Below, piece after piece: positions 30,232-39,901 of a DNA stretch of 64,000 nucleotides. Source of the stretch: a virus; the IMG/VR virus record IMGVR_UViG_3300030329_001359, positions 32,001 to 96,000 of that record; one strand, 5' to 3'. Made by a program: the position numbers and the translations under genes. Position 1 is the first letter of the stretch; the number at the start of each line of letters is the position of its first letter. The notes beneath the pieces are model-generated. The model worked only from the letters and a program-made list of their open reading frames with translations. It ran no database searches and was not told the origin of the DNA.

Positions 30232-31989
30232 TTACGTCCCTTCTCCAGCAGCTATTTTAGTTGCCATTGCTTGTCTAATCATTTTAGAATTATTTTGCAT
30301 ATAAGAATTTACCTCCAATTTTGCCCAATTATAATATTTTTCAGCTTCTTTTGCATAGTAAGCTGCGTTCTGTGTTGCAAATGTAGATTTTTGAGCTTTC
30401 TCACCAACTTCAGATGCGTACTTTTGAACATTTGAATTATATAATGCTAATTTACTTTCATATTCTTTCATATTCTTTTGTAGAGAATTAGCATAATTTT
30501 GTACTGTCTTATCTATATCATCCTTATATGACTGTAATTCAGTAGAATATTTTTGAATTTTTTGAGCATCATCTTGAGAACTTAACTGAGCATCTTGTAT
30601 AGATATTTGTAATTGGGCCTGATATTCAGAATTCTCTTTATTAAAACTATTTAAACTATCTTGCAATTTAGACTGATATATCGCCATCTTTTGAGATTCT
30701 TCATTTTGCCAAGCTTGTACAGATGTAGATAACTCAAGTTGATACTGGGCCATTTTTTGTTGATATTGCTGTACTTCTTTAGATACATCAGATTGATAAG
30801 TTTGAACTTCAGCTGAGTATTTTTGAAGACTTGCTGCGTATTCTTGATTCTCTTTTTGTAACAACAAGTTAGTTTCTTGCTGAGCTTCTTGAGCATTTAT
30901 CTGAGCTTGCTGTATAGCTTCTTGTAACTTACCTTGGTATTCTGCGTTTTCTTTATTAAACTCATTTAGTTTATTTTGCATTGCTTGAGTATAAGCATTT
31001 ATATATGTAGAAATCTTTTGTATTTGAGCCGCTGCTAATTCTGTATCTTCTTCATCTTCTATTAAATGAGCAGCTGTAGACCACCATTGGTCAAATTCTA
31101 TAGCATTACCATCAAAATCATCAATAGTATTTTGTGCATCTAATTGAGTTATCGCAGTTAATTCTATAGTACTGTCACTAGCTACAAGTGGAGCTGTATA
31201 AGTAGGTGGAATACCTAAATTAGATATATTAATTGAATCTACATCAGGCGTAGTAAAACTTGGAGCTGCAGGAGCTGAAGGTGATATAGATGATATTGAA
31301 AATGTTCCAGGGTCGCTTTCACTAAGTCCACTAGAATAATATTTAAAAGCTGTCCTAGATTCTAATATTGGAGCAACATATGTAGGAGCTGTAGTACTAA
31401 AAGAAACAGAACTACTAGATAAGCTAGGAGCTGTAGGAGGAATTGATGATATATTCAAATCAGAACCAAAACTTGGATTAGATAACGGGATTGGTACTGT
31501 AATATCTGACCAATCTAAAATCTTTGAAGATGCTAATTTTGAAAATTCTTTTGAAGCTGCGTGATAAACAACAGCATTTCTTAAATCACTATCATCATCT
31601 ATTTTTGAATAATCTATATAATACACATATCCAGCATTGCTTCCATCTGTAACTGGAGCAAAATGTACAGCTCCTTGTTTATGATACCAAACTGGATGTC
31701 TAGCTGTAGCGTATTTTAAACTTGATGAATCTAATGCCCATGCAGCATCAGACATCGGTATTTCTCTGCAACTATATCCATTTCTTTGTACATCTATTAT
31801 TGAATCGTTTACTGAAAATGTTATAGCAGTTCCATCAGTAGAAGCAGATGAAACTTTTTGTGCAAAACTTAATAAATTTTTTGGAATACTAGATACTATA
31901 GATTTTTGCGCAGATATTATAAACTGGTCATTAGCATCAGATACACCAGTTATATTTTCAATATCTAGTTCTATGTTTGTTGTAGCCAT
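30232..31989 (-). CDS. Adaptor/ring-like protein with long Pro-rich and Gln-rich coiled-coil insertion (585 aa)
   Basis: YATARHPVWY..HFAP..AVVYHAA adaptor-like motifs; duplicated FNKENxEYQ..QKYSxE repeats. Confidence 0.5.
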   Translation of the reverse strand: MATTNIELDIENITGVSDANDQFIISAQKSIVSSIPKNLLSFAQKVSSASTDGTAITFSVNDSIIDVQRNGYSCREIPMSDAAWALDSSSLKYATARHPVWYHKQGAVHFAPVTDGSNAGYVYYIDYSKIDDDSDLRNAVVYHAASKEFSKLASSKILDWSDITVPIPLSNPSFGSDLNISSIPPTAPSLSSSSVSFSTTAPTYVAPILESRTAFKYYSSGLSESDPGTFSISSISPSAPAAPSFTTPDVDSINISNLGIPPTYTAPLVASDSTIELTAITQLDAQNTIDDFDGNAIEFDQWWSTAAHLIEDEEDTELAAAQIQKISTYINAYTQAMQNKLNEFNKENAEYQGKLQEAIQQAQINAQEAQQETNLLLQKENQEYAASLQKYSAEVQTYQSDVSKEVQQYQQKMAQYQLELSTSVQAWQNEESQKMAIYQSKLQDSLNSFNKENSEYQAQLQISIQDAQLSSQDDAQKIQKYSTELQSYKDDIDKTVQNYANSLQKNMKEYESKLALYNSNVQKYASEVGEKAQKSTFATQNAAYYAKEAEKYYNWAKLEVNSYMQNNSKMIRQAMATKIAAGEGT

Positions 31990-32004
31990 TTAATCTTATC
32001 TTTA

Positions 32005-32073
32005 AATAAGGCTATGCTGTAACTCAATATTAGAAAGGAAGCTAAAAAATACCGAGAAACAGCATGCCTTATT
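32005..32073 (-). terminator. Long stem-loop after the head genes (terminator or processing site)
   Basis: AATAAGGC(T)ATGCTGT / ACAGCATGCCTTATT inverted repeat with an inner stem. Confidence 0.55.
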
Positions 32074-32081
32074 ATTTTGTT

Positions 32082-32504
32082 TTAGGATACTGTGAATCCT
32101 GCACTAGCGTGTTGACATTGACCTTTAACAAACCAATATGTACCATCGCTAATTAATTCAAGCCAATCACCAGCTGCAGCACTTGTACCAATGGTAACTG
32201 TAGTGCTTCCTGATACATTAGTTGAATCATTATCATCTGTAAATACACCATACAACTGTGTACTTTCAGCATTAATAGTACTAGCGGCAGTCGAATCTGT
32301 AACAATGAACTTATAACAAACTCCAGCTTTAGGGGCTGGCAAGTTAATAGTTCTTGCTACTGTAGAATGTACAAGATACGTTCTACCGCTTTCCTTAGGT
32401 TCGAGATCATGTGTAGAAGCAGCTGAATCATTCATTCTGAAGATATATTCTCCATCTTGATAATTTGCTCTGCCTTTTATTCTAGCACCTTTACCATCAG
32501 CCAT
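32082..32504 (-). CDS. Putative capsid decoration / head fibre protein
   Basis: LEPKESGRTY..TINLPAPKAGVCYKFIV..ISDGTYW; located downstream of the capsid gene. Confidence 0.55.
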   Translation of the reverse strand: MADGKGARIKGRANYQDGEYIFRMNDSAASTHDLEPKESGRTYLVHSTVARTINLPAPKAGVCYKFIVTDSTAASTINAESTQLYGVFTDDNDSTNVSGSTTVTIGTSAAAGDWLELISDGTYWFVKGQCQHASAGFTVS

Positions 32505-32515
32505 GATTTACCTCC

Positions 32516-33313
32516 TTACTGTAATCCAGTTTCGAGCTCTTCAAGAATAATATCGCAAGAAGCTGCACTGGAGTGAAGCATAAACATGAATGGTGTAAAC
32601 ACATCACCAGTATCGAATGTAACATCTGCCGTAGGAGATGTAGTTACCGCTCTTCCATCAAGGTAATATGAAGCAACACCAGCTTTAGAGATACGAACTT
32701 CTAAAGTATGTGATTCTCCATCACCCCAATTGTCAGTAGTATCAGTAGTAACAGTAGTAGCATTATTTAAAATACTTTCTACTTTAATGTCTCCACTAAT
32801 TACGTTTAGACATGCTACGTCAGTATAGTTATCCAATGCTGCATTTGAAGCTTGTGATTTTAGTCTAAAACCAAAAGCACAGTCATCTGTAACACTAACA
32901 TCTTCAATACTAAACTTCAATTTAGCATAAAACGCAGGTCCGCCAATCGTAAATGAATCAATATTCTTTAGACCTTGACACCCTGGATAACTCATAGCCC
33001 ATTGAAAACCTTCATCGTCAGCTTCATCACCTTCATAATTCATTCCAGTAGATGCAACTGAAGGACCGTCAATAGCCTGAGTTCCATTATATGAAGCAGC
33101 TAACTGCAAACCATACAATGAACCTTTACCAGCTGGATACTGATGCAAAACAACATCTTGAGCAGCACCATCAGGAACGTCCCATGCTGCTCCCAATGCT
33201 CCATCATCCATTAGTATCGGAGGTCTTTCAAATGTCCACTTATGAGTATCATTTACCAAATTGTCAATAGCGGAGCCATCTTTATTTTGTCCATACATTG
33301 GTATAGCCATCAT
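32516..33313 (-). CDS. Putative capsid accessory protein with lectin-like beta sandwich
   Basis: Immediately after the major capsid gene; strong GGAGG SD; starts MAIPMYGQNKDG. Confidence 0.5.
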   Translation of the reverse strand: MMAIPMYGQNKDGSAIDNLVNDTHKWTFERPPILMDDGALGAAWDVPDGAAQDVVLHQYPAGKGSLYGLQLAASYNGTQAIDGPSVASTGMNYEGDEADDEGFQWAMSYPGCQGLKNIDSFTIGGPAFYAKLKFSIEDVSVTDDCAFGFRLKSQASNAALDNYTDVACLNVISGDIKVESILNNATTVTTDTTDNWGDGESHTLEVRISKAGVASYYLDGRAVTTSPTADVTFDTGDVFTPFMFMLHSSAASCDIILEELETGLQ

Positions 33314-33321
33314 CTACCTCC

Positions 33322-34911
33322 TTATGACCAGTAAGCATGGGCTTCTGGCATTTGCCATTCCATCCCAGCTTCTGTTTGAATTAAGTCAACCCTTCGGTCA
33401 ACACCACTGTTTTCTAAGGTTTGTACACCAACATAGACAGCCGTATCACGATTCAATCCGTTACCAACAAGAGGTCTGTATTTACAGTACTTCATGTTAA
33501 CAGCAAGAATCTTGATAGGATGACCATCAAGGTGAATATTCCTAGCAACATTCATATCACCAAAAGGTGTAGAGATAACACTAATGTCAACTCCAAATGT
33601 CTTCTTTTTACCTGTAAGCGACATATCAGCTCTGAAATTGGATGAAACTTCAAGATTATTCGAGAAGTATCCACTCAACTTATGTAACCAATTGTATGTC
33701 GGGGTATCACAGAAGAACAATGAAGCATTAGCATTATTGTACCTTGGGTCAAGGAAGTTACTAAGGTCGTCTAAGAAATCGTCTTGTGTTTTAGTTGAAT
33801 GAGTCAAACTAAAAACATTACCATAACTTGAAACGAAATCAACAGCACCTTGTGTATACCATTCATCACCAGAATCATACTGAGAACCAAACAATAAACT
33901 TTGTTCGATATCCCATTTATGTTCAATCAACTTTTCTTTCCAGACACGGGCCCACTCATTAGGTTCATACTTTAGGACAGTAGCACGAGTTGTGTTATCC
34001 ATCGCCATAGCTGTTTTCCAAATTTGAGTACGACCATATCCAGTTGTGAAAGGTTGGTCTTTCCATGTTTCTGGATAACCACTACCTTGTGAATGAGCTG
34101 TACCAACTACATAAGAACGCATTGGTTCTAACACTTTAGCAATCGAAGCACTATATACTTCACCAAGAGGGTCATCAGCTACGAAAGAACAAAGTTCTTT
34201 ATTCGCTGCTGCGTCCAATGGTCTTACAATAGTACCAGTGATTGGTGTATAATAATACGTTTTAGCAGATTCTACAGCACCATCATTTAATCCACGACCA
34301 ACAACACTTCCAGTACTGGTGTTTGCATGAACAGTATCAATCTTAACAATGATATAATCTTGTTGATTAACACTTGTAACTTCAGATCCACCACTATGAC
34401 CGCCAGTATCATTACTTGTCATATTTACTTTGACCATTTGACCAGGTAAGAAAAATCCTGGCTGCGTACCATCGTCACCAACACTAACTTCACTATTGGA
34501 CTGTCCAAAAACACTTGATTGGTTACCTGATGATTTATAATCAGTAGCCATGTGTAATTTTACTTGTTGTCCAGCAGTTGTAGTAAGAGCTGCTCCGCCT
34601 GAAGTCAGTAGTTCGGAACTCGCAAAAGTATCTGCGGAACCATTATAAAAACCGACTACATACGCATATCGTCTGTAAAATGAAGGTCGTCTTTCTGTAT
34701 ATTTGAATTCTGGGTCATCTGTAGGTCTTTTAGCGACTTTTGAAACAAACCTAAAGAAAGGGTCTTGCTGAATTGAAAGTTCAGACACCCTATCTCCAAA
34801 GTTATATTTCCGTCTAAGGTCACCAGTATCTAAACTGGAAGACGCAGGACTTATACCGCTAGGAGAACTATTTTCAGTTAATCCAGATTCCAACTGAAAT
34901 AATTCAGCCAT
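33322..34911 (-). CDS. Major capsid protein (SU10/DUF5309-like)
   Basis: PFFRFVSKV..DPEFKYTE, TQIWKT, EHKWDIEQSLLFG, STPFGDMNV, TEAGMEWQMPEAH; follows portal and scaffold. Confidence 0.85.
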   Translation of the reverse strand: MAELFQLESGLTENSSPSGISPASSSLDTGDLRRKYNFGDRVSELSIQQDPFFRFVSKVAKRPTDDPEFKYTERRPSFYRRYAYVVGFYNGSADTFASSELLTSGGAALTTTAGQQVKLHMATDYKSSGNQSSVFGQSNSEVSVGDDGTQPGFFLPGQMVKVNMTSNDTGGHSGGSEVTSVNQQDYIIVKIDTVHANTSTGSVVGRGLNDGAVESAKTYYYTPITGTIVRPLDAAANKELCSFVADDPLGEVYSASIAKVLEPMRSYVVGTAHSQGSGYPETWKDQPFTTGYGRTQIWKTAMAMDNTTRATVLKYEPNEWARVWKEKLIEHKWDIEQSLLFGSQYDSGDEWYTQGAVDFVSSYGNVFSLTHSTKTQDDFLDDLSNFLDPRYNNANASLFFCDTPTYNWLHKLSGYFSNNLEVSSNFRADMSLTGKKKTFGVDISVISTPFGDMNVARNIHLDGHPIKILAVNMKYCKYRPLVGNGLNRDTAVYVGVQTLENSGVDRRVDLIQTEAGMEWQMPEAHAYWS

Positions 34912-34947
34912 CTTTTTTAACTCCTTATTTTAATTAAGGCATTTAGC

Positions 34948-35805
34948 TTAGCTAAATACCGAGTCTAATTCAGAGTCAAGTCCTGCTATAGCGTCAAATA
35001 CTGAATCATCCGCTGATTGTTCTACCTGTGCACTTCCTGTTGTAGCAAGAGAACGAGGCTGTTCTTGAGCTTTACGCATCTGGTCAGCCATTTGTTTTCT
35101 TGTACTATCAGCAATATTAGCATCCCTGTTTTCACGATTCTTTAAAAAGTAAATATCTTCTAGCTCAAGTGATTTGGATTTAGCAAAGTCAACAAAATCT
35201 TTCCACTCTTCATCAGTCATTTCATGTTGCTGTCGAAAAGCAGTTTCTTTAGCCAACCTTTGGTTTTCAGTTCTCTGTGATTGTAAAGCTGTATTAAGTC
35301 TACGCTGTACAATTCCATCAACTGTTGCACCTAGCACTTTCGCTGAATCGGAATCAGGTGTACTGAAAGCATCATCAGCATCGAATACAAAATCTTCAGG
35401 TAATTCAAGTCTTTCTGACATAGTTTCAGGAGCTTGACCTCCACCCTCAAAATAATTCCGCACATGCTGAATTAAATTAGGGTCTTCTCTCATTGCATCG
35501 AGTATAGGCATATATGGTTCAATTTCTTTTAGCTGTCCGTTTAATCTTTTAGCTTCTCTACTTGAATCACTATACCTCTTTTGCAAAGCATCATCGCCTT
35601 GCTGCTGAACTTCACTAGGGCTCTGTGGTGTGTTATCACCTTCTACCGAGGTTGACTGTGTTAGTTCTGTTTCTTCTTGGATACCGCCATTTACAGATGA
35701 ATCTAATGCACTAAAAAAATCATCAGAATCACCTGAGTCAAATACGCTATCCTGGACCGTACTTTCAGGGGCCGTTTGGGCGTTGCTTACTTGTTCTTGT
35801 TCCAT
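34948..35805 (-). CDS. Capsid scaffolding protein
   Basis: Acidic helical protein with KRYSDSSREAKRL, located between portal and capsid. Confidence 0.75.
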   Translation of the reverse strand: MEQEQVSNAQTAPESTVQDSVFDSGDSDDFFSALDSSVNGGIQEETELTQSTSVEGDNTPQSPSEVQQQGDDALQKRYSDSSREAKRLNGQLKEIEPYMPILDAMREDPNLIQHVRNYFEGGGQAPETMSERLELPEDFVFDADDAFSTPDSDSAKVLGATVDGIVQRRLNTALQSQRTENQRLAKETAFRQQHEMTDEEWKDFVDFAKSKSLELEDIYFLKNRENRDANIADSTRKQMADQMRKAQEQPRSLATTGSAQVEQSADDSVFDAIAGLDSELDSVFS

Positions 35806-35828
35806 TTGCTATCCTTTTTATTTATTAA

Positions 35829-35858
35829 AATATAATATATATAAAATACTATTCACAA
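35829..35858 (-). promoter_or_regulatory. Possible sigma70-like promoter for scaffold/capsid
   Basis: TTGTGA-N18-TATATT in the only gap between portal and scaffold. Confidence 0.35.
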
Positions 35859-35865
35859 CTAATCT

Positions 35866-38106
35866 TTATTTTTCTTCATTTGAAGATACTTGTTGCTTAA
35901 TAGCCATTTTTTCTTTCTCAAATTCTGTTTTTAACATACCTCTAAGAAGCTTTTGCTGAGCTTCTGTTTCTAACACATCTTTACGAACTTCGTTAGCAGC
36001 ATCACCAACTTTCATTTTAATACCAGCTTGTACTAATTGACGTTCTAATGTTTCTATGGTCCCTTCTTTATCTTTTAAAGCTTCTTCCATAGATGATATT
36101 TGACCTTGCATTTGAGAATACATTGATTTTCTTTCCACAATACTCTTCTTATTTCTTATATCAGTTTCAGATATCATAGCTATATCATCAATCAATCCAG
36201 CTTGGAACCATTTAAAATATTCTTCTAATAAGGCCCATCTATTTACTGGCATTGTGGCTCCAGCTACGAGTCTAACATCAAATCTACCTGCGTTATAATC
36301 TCTAAATAATCCAATCGCTTTACCATAGTCATTGTATATAGGTACATTAATTCTTGATTCTTTATCAGCATCAGGTCTTTGACCAGCTTCTGGTTGAACA
36401 ATCCTAAATACTTTTTCAGCTGTATAATGATTTTGAGATACCATTTGAAAACATTTACCAAGATGTTCAAGAGCAGGTTCCACTATAGAACCCATCCATG
36501 CTTTTAATCTACGAGTACCAAATTCATCATTCGCAAGTAATCCTCTATATGTCTCAGCTTGTTCTTGAGCAAATCCCATCATAGCTGAAGGAACACCAGC
36601 GATATACTCAGCATCTTGTTTACCTTGTTGAACAACAGAAAAGAATGCATTATTTATAGGAGCTGGTAATACAGGAGTTGGAGGATTAAATCCTTGCCTA
36701 TATTTTAATAAGGCTCCAGGGGCCGATGAATATCGTTCCCATTCTTCTTCAGGTACAGAACCTTCTTCATACATCCATCTAAGATTAGAAGCTAAGTTAG
36801 CATTGTGAAGCATGATTTGATGAGCTTTATTTATTTCTTGTTGCTTACCAATAAGAGGAGTCACAGCACTCATAGGATACGGTGTTCCTGTATACATATA
36901 AGGAATAGGTATAATAGGATACTCTGAAATCTCTAATGTTCTTTCATATAATAAAACATCATCTCCTACAGAACAAACTAATACAATTCTATTTTCATAA
37001 AATTTTATTGAATCTACTATGTTATCTGCCATTCCACCACCATCAACAAGGTCTTTAAAACCTTTCTCTGACATTATACGCTGGTCTATAACAGTTGCAG
37101 CATCTTGAGCTTCAGATGTAAGTTGCATTTCTTTTTCGCGCATAGCTTGCTGAGACATCTCTTCAGCTTTCTTCATTTCAAGCTCAGCTCTTTCAGGTAT
37201 CATTTCACCTGCTTCTACAGATTGCTGTATTTGCAAAGCTTTTTCTTTTAAACCTACATCTACTTCTTCTTTAAACTTATCCATCTCTTTTTGAACATGA
37301 GCTTTTATATTCTGCATTTGAGCTGGAGTTGGGTCAATTCTTATAAATACATTTCTGTATGGAAACTTTACTTTTTTATATGTCTCATAATATGGGATTA
37401 TATCATCATCTTCAGCATCTAAATTGATACCTAGTGTTATATCTTCTTGTTGGATAGTAGGTGATTGGTCTAGGTCTCTTTGAGAATATGTAACAACTTC
37501 ATTTGATTTTTCAACTTTCTTTATCTTGGCTGAAAATTGAGGAAACATATTAAGTAGTCTTGTACGAGATAAATTCTTACGAACACTAATAAAAGAAGCA
37601 TCTCTAAATAAAAAATCTTTACTAGCAGGGTCTACATATACATCATATGGCTCAATTCTTTTAAATAATACTTCACCCATTCCTCTGTCCATATCTGGGT
37701 CAACATCAACCATAAAATATCCAATACCCTTCGTAAGAGCATCTAAGGCTACTTGGCTATATATAGATTTACCATTGGAAAGATGCCAACAATAATCTGT
37801 TATATCAGAATGAACTTGAGCAATATCTGTATCATCCCCTGTAACTCCAACAGCTTTCCATCTTGGATTGTTAGATGTCACAAAATATTTCATTATCTCA
37901 ACAATAGGTGTAACCCTATTAATGATAAATGTAGGCATCCCTGATTCTTGAAGGACCCGTTCTTCTTCTTTTGTTAATTGCTCATTTAAATAAAAATCAT
38001 ATGACTTTTGAGATATTGATTGCCATTTTGTTCTATGAGATGTATTTGCTCTATCCCATAATTGTTTATTTATCTGGGCTTTTGTTTTCTTGGTTTTTCT
38101 TGCCAT
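35866..38106 (-). CDS. Portal protein (P22/SU10-like)
   Basis: 746 aa; MPTFIINRV, DVYVDP, YPIIP, LIGKQQEINK, AGVPSAMMG, RFDVRL; lies between terminase and scaffold. Confidence 0.9.
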   Translation of the reverse strand: MARKTKKTKAQINKQLWDRANTSHRTKWQSISQKSYDFYLNEQLTKEEERVLQESGMPTFIINRVTPIVEIMKYFVTSNNPRWKAVGVTGDDTDIAQVHSDITDYCWHLSNGKSIYSQVALDALTKGIGYFMVDVDPDMDRGMGEVLFKRIEPYDVYVDPASKDFLFRDASFISVRKNLSRTRLLNMFPQFSAKIKKVEKSNEVVTYSQRDLDQSPTIQQEDITLGINLDAEDDDIIPYYETYKKVKFPYRNVFIRIDPTPAQMQNIKAHVQKEMDKFKEEVDVGLKEKALQIQQSVEAGEMIPERAELEMKKAEEMSQQAMREKEMQLTSEAQDAATVIDQRIMSEKGFKDLVDGGGMADNIVDSIKFYENRIVLVCSVGDDVLLYERTLEISEYPIIPIPYMYTGTPYPMSAVTPLIGKQQEINKAHQIMLHNANLASNLRWMYEEGSVPEEEWERYSSAPGALLKYRQGFNPPTPVLPAPINNAFFSVVQQGKQDAEYIAGVPSAMMGFAQEQAETYRGLLANDEFGTRRLKAWMGSIVEPALEHLGKCFQMVSQNHYTAEKVFRIVQPEAGQRPDADKESRINVPIYNDYGKAIGLFRDYNAGRFDVRLVAGATMPVNRWALLEEYFKWFQAGLIDDIAMISETDIRNKKSIVERKSMYSQMQGQISSMEEALKDKEGTIETLERQLVQAGIKMKVGDAANEVRKDVLETEAQQKLLRGMLKTEFEKEKMAIKQQVSSNEEK

Positions 38107-38125
38107 TATTTTTTATAAAAAAAGA

Positions 38126-38515
38126 CTACTTGTGCCATCTTGATTTTTCTTCTGCTTTGCGCATTTTTGCTTTCCAATTTGCATCCGATCTTTCATCAAA
38201 CAAATAATCTTCTAAAGTCCTTTCTCTTCCTTTCGTGTCCCATAAACCTTGTTTTCTTTCATAAAGTTCTTGAGCCTGTTCTAAAACTGCCTTTTTATCA
38301 TTTACATGCTTTATAGCTTTTATAAATCCTGCACCATATTTTTGTATTTTTTCGTCTCTTTCACGATATAGTCTATCTATGTCTGCATATGACTGTTCTC
38401 TTTCTGCATCCATATTGATTCTATTTCTTACATGATTAACACATTTTTTCTTTTTATCACCTTTAAGATTTCCACATGCGCTATTAATTTGTTCAGATAA
38501 TTTATTTTTTGCCAT
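38126..38515 (-). CDS. Hypothetical basic protein (129 aa)
   Basis: Co-oriented, gap-filling ORF. Confidence 0.55.
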   Translation of the reverse strand: MAKNKLSEQINSACGNLKGDKKKKCVNHVRNRINMDAEREQSYADIDRLYRERDEKIQKYGAGFIKAIKHVNDKKAVLEQAQELYERKQGLWDTKGRERTLEDYLFDERSDANWKAKMRKAEEKSRWHK

Positions 38516-38526
38516 TTTTTTCTACC

Positions 38527-39021
38527 TTAGCGTTTTGAAATTGTGTCTCTTACTTTGGAACCTGACTTTTTACTTTTTCGACGCACACCAGTTATACAAA
38601 AACCTTTACTGTAAATACCACCTTTTTCTGTACAAGCTTTTCTTGCTTTTAAACTTTTTCCAATTTTTTTAGCACCTTTAACAGCTCCTTTTGCAATTTC
38701 AGCTCCAGTTAAAACAGCAGCAACTCCTGGCAATGACCTTCCTAGAGCTTTTACACCTTTTTTCATAATTTTTTTGCCAACACTTTTTGATGCGCGAGGT
38801 TTATATTTTTTAAATGCTTTTGAAAGCTTATCCACATCTGATTTCGGAATTTTACCTGTTGGAATTTTACGTTTTTTTGCAATAGCTGTTTGCGTTTTTG
38901 GCTTAGGTTTTTTTAATCTTTTCCCTGTGGCGCCTGCAATCATTTTATCATAGTCCTTTTTAATAGCAAGGAGTTCTTTCTTTGATTTTCTTCGTTTTAT
39001 TTCACGTTCTTTATTAGTCAT
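38527..39021 (-). CDS. Very Lys-rich protein with an amphipathic segment (164 aa)
   Basis: Strong SD; K/R-rich; LGRSLPGVAAVLTGAEIAKG. Confidence 0.6.
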   Translation of the reverse strand: MTNKEREIKRRKSKKELLAIKKDYDKMIAGATGKRLKKPKPKTQTAIAKKRKIPTGKIPKSDVDKLSKAFKKYKPRASKSVGKKIMKKGVKALGRSLPGVAAVLTGAEIAKGAVKGAKKIGKSLKARKACTEKGGIYSKGFCITGVRRKSKKSGSKVRDTISKR

Positions 39022-39035
39022 TTTTTATCTCCTTA

Positions 39036-39416
39036 TTAATCTCTTAGTTCTACATGAACTAGGTCATCAAATTTGTTATCTTTTATTTCACCATCAGAAT
39101 CCCAGTCACCACCCCAACGAATCTTCAATCCTAATTTATGTCCAATCCCTCTGAGCATACCACCCATATAGTGAAACCTTTCTCTATCATTCCAATCTAT
39201 CGGGTAAGGAGCGAGGTCAACAGCTTTTCCTTCCATGTGTTTGGAATACTTTACTTTCGTTTTCCCTTGTGCTAATAATTCCTGCTGCCGCTCCTTACTC
39301 CGTAATCCTTCAATAATGGTTACATCCATTATTTTTATTAATTCATTTAGGACATTAACAAGTCTAGCATCAACACCTTTTAATCGCTGCTTAGAACGTT
39401 TACCAAATCTAAACAT
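39036..39416 (-). CDS. Endolysin, peptidase M15 family (L-Ala-D-Glu peptidase-like)
   Basis: EGLRS..RQ..SKHMEGKAVD..RWGGDW..DLVHVEL zinc-peptidase motifs. Confidence 0.9.
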   Translation of the reverse strand: MFRFGKRSKQRLKGVDARLVNVLNELIKIMDVTIIEGLRSKERQQELLAQGKTKVKYSKHMEGKAVDLAPYPIDWNDRERFHYMGGMLRGIGHKLGLKIRWGGDWDSDGEIKDNKFDDLVHVELRD

Positions 39417-39877
39417 TATTTTTTCCTATTTGTCACTATGTTTTTTCCGTCTTTACCTCTTTTAGCTGGCTTGTCATCTGCTCTCGAGCAACTATAAGAA
39501 CGTCCTTGCCAAGTAAAAGGCCCTTTACCTCCACCTGAACAAGCTTTTTTGAAAGCAGCTCTAAAACTACCAGCTGATTTTGATTCTTGTTTGTATTTTG
39601 GATATACACCAGCTTTTGTCAACTGAGAACCTTTATCGGCTAGGTCTTTTTTCGTTACTTTGGATTTAATACCCATTGCTTTTTTCTTAGCGGCTACTGT
39701 CCCTGGTGAACCTGATTTACCACCTTCTTTCATACCTGCAACTGTTTTTATTTTGCCACGAACTTTTTTCGTCATCTTTCTGCGGCGGGCTCTTTCTCTT
39801 CCAGCCTTAGTAAGTTTTTCACCAAGAACCCATTTATCTTCAGATGCTCGTTTTTTTCTTCTTTTTAATAAACTCAT
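39416..39877 (-). CDS. Very Lys/Arg-rich protein (153 aa)
   Basis: K/R-rich; contains SFRAAFKKA..FTWQGRSY. Confidence 0.6.
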   Translation of the reverse strand: MSLLKRRKKRASEDKWVLGEKLTKAGRERARRRKMTKKVRGKIKTVAGMKEGGKSGSPGTVAAKKKAMGIKSKVTKKDLADKGSQLTKAGVYPKYKQESKSAGSFRAAFKKACSGGGKGPFTWQGRSYSCSRADDKPAKRGKDGKNIVTNRKK

Positions 39878-39901
39878 TTTATTGACTTTTTTTTGTTTAC
39901 G

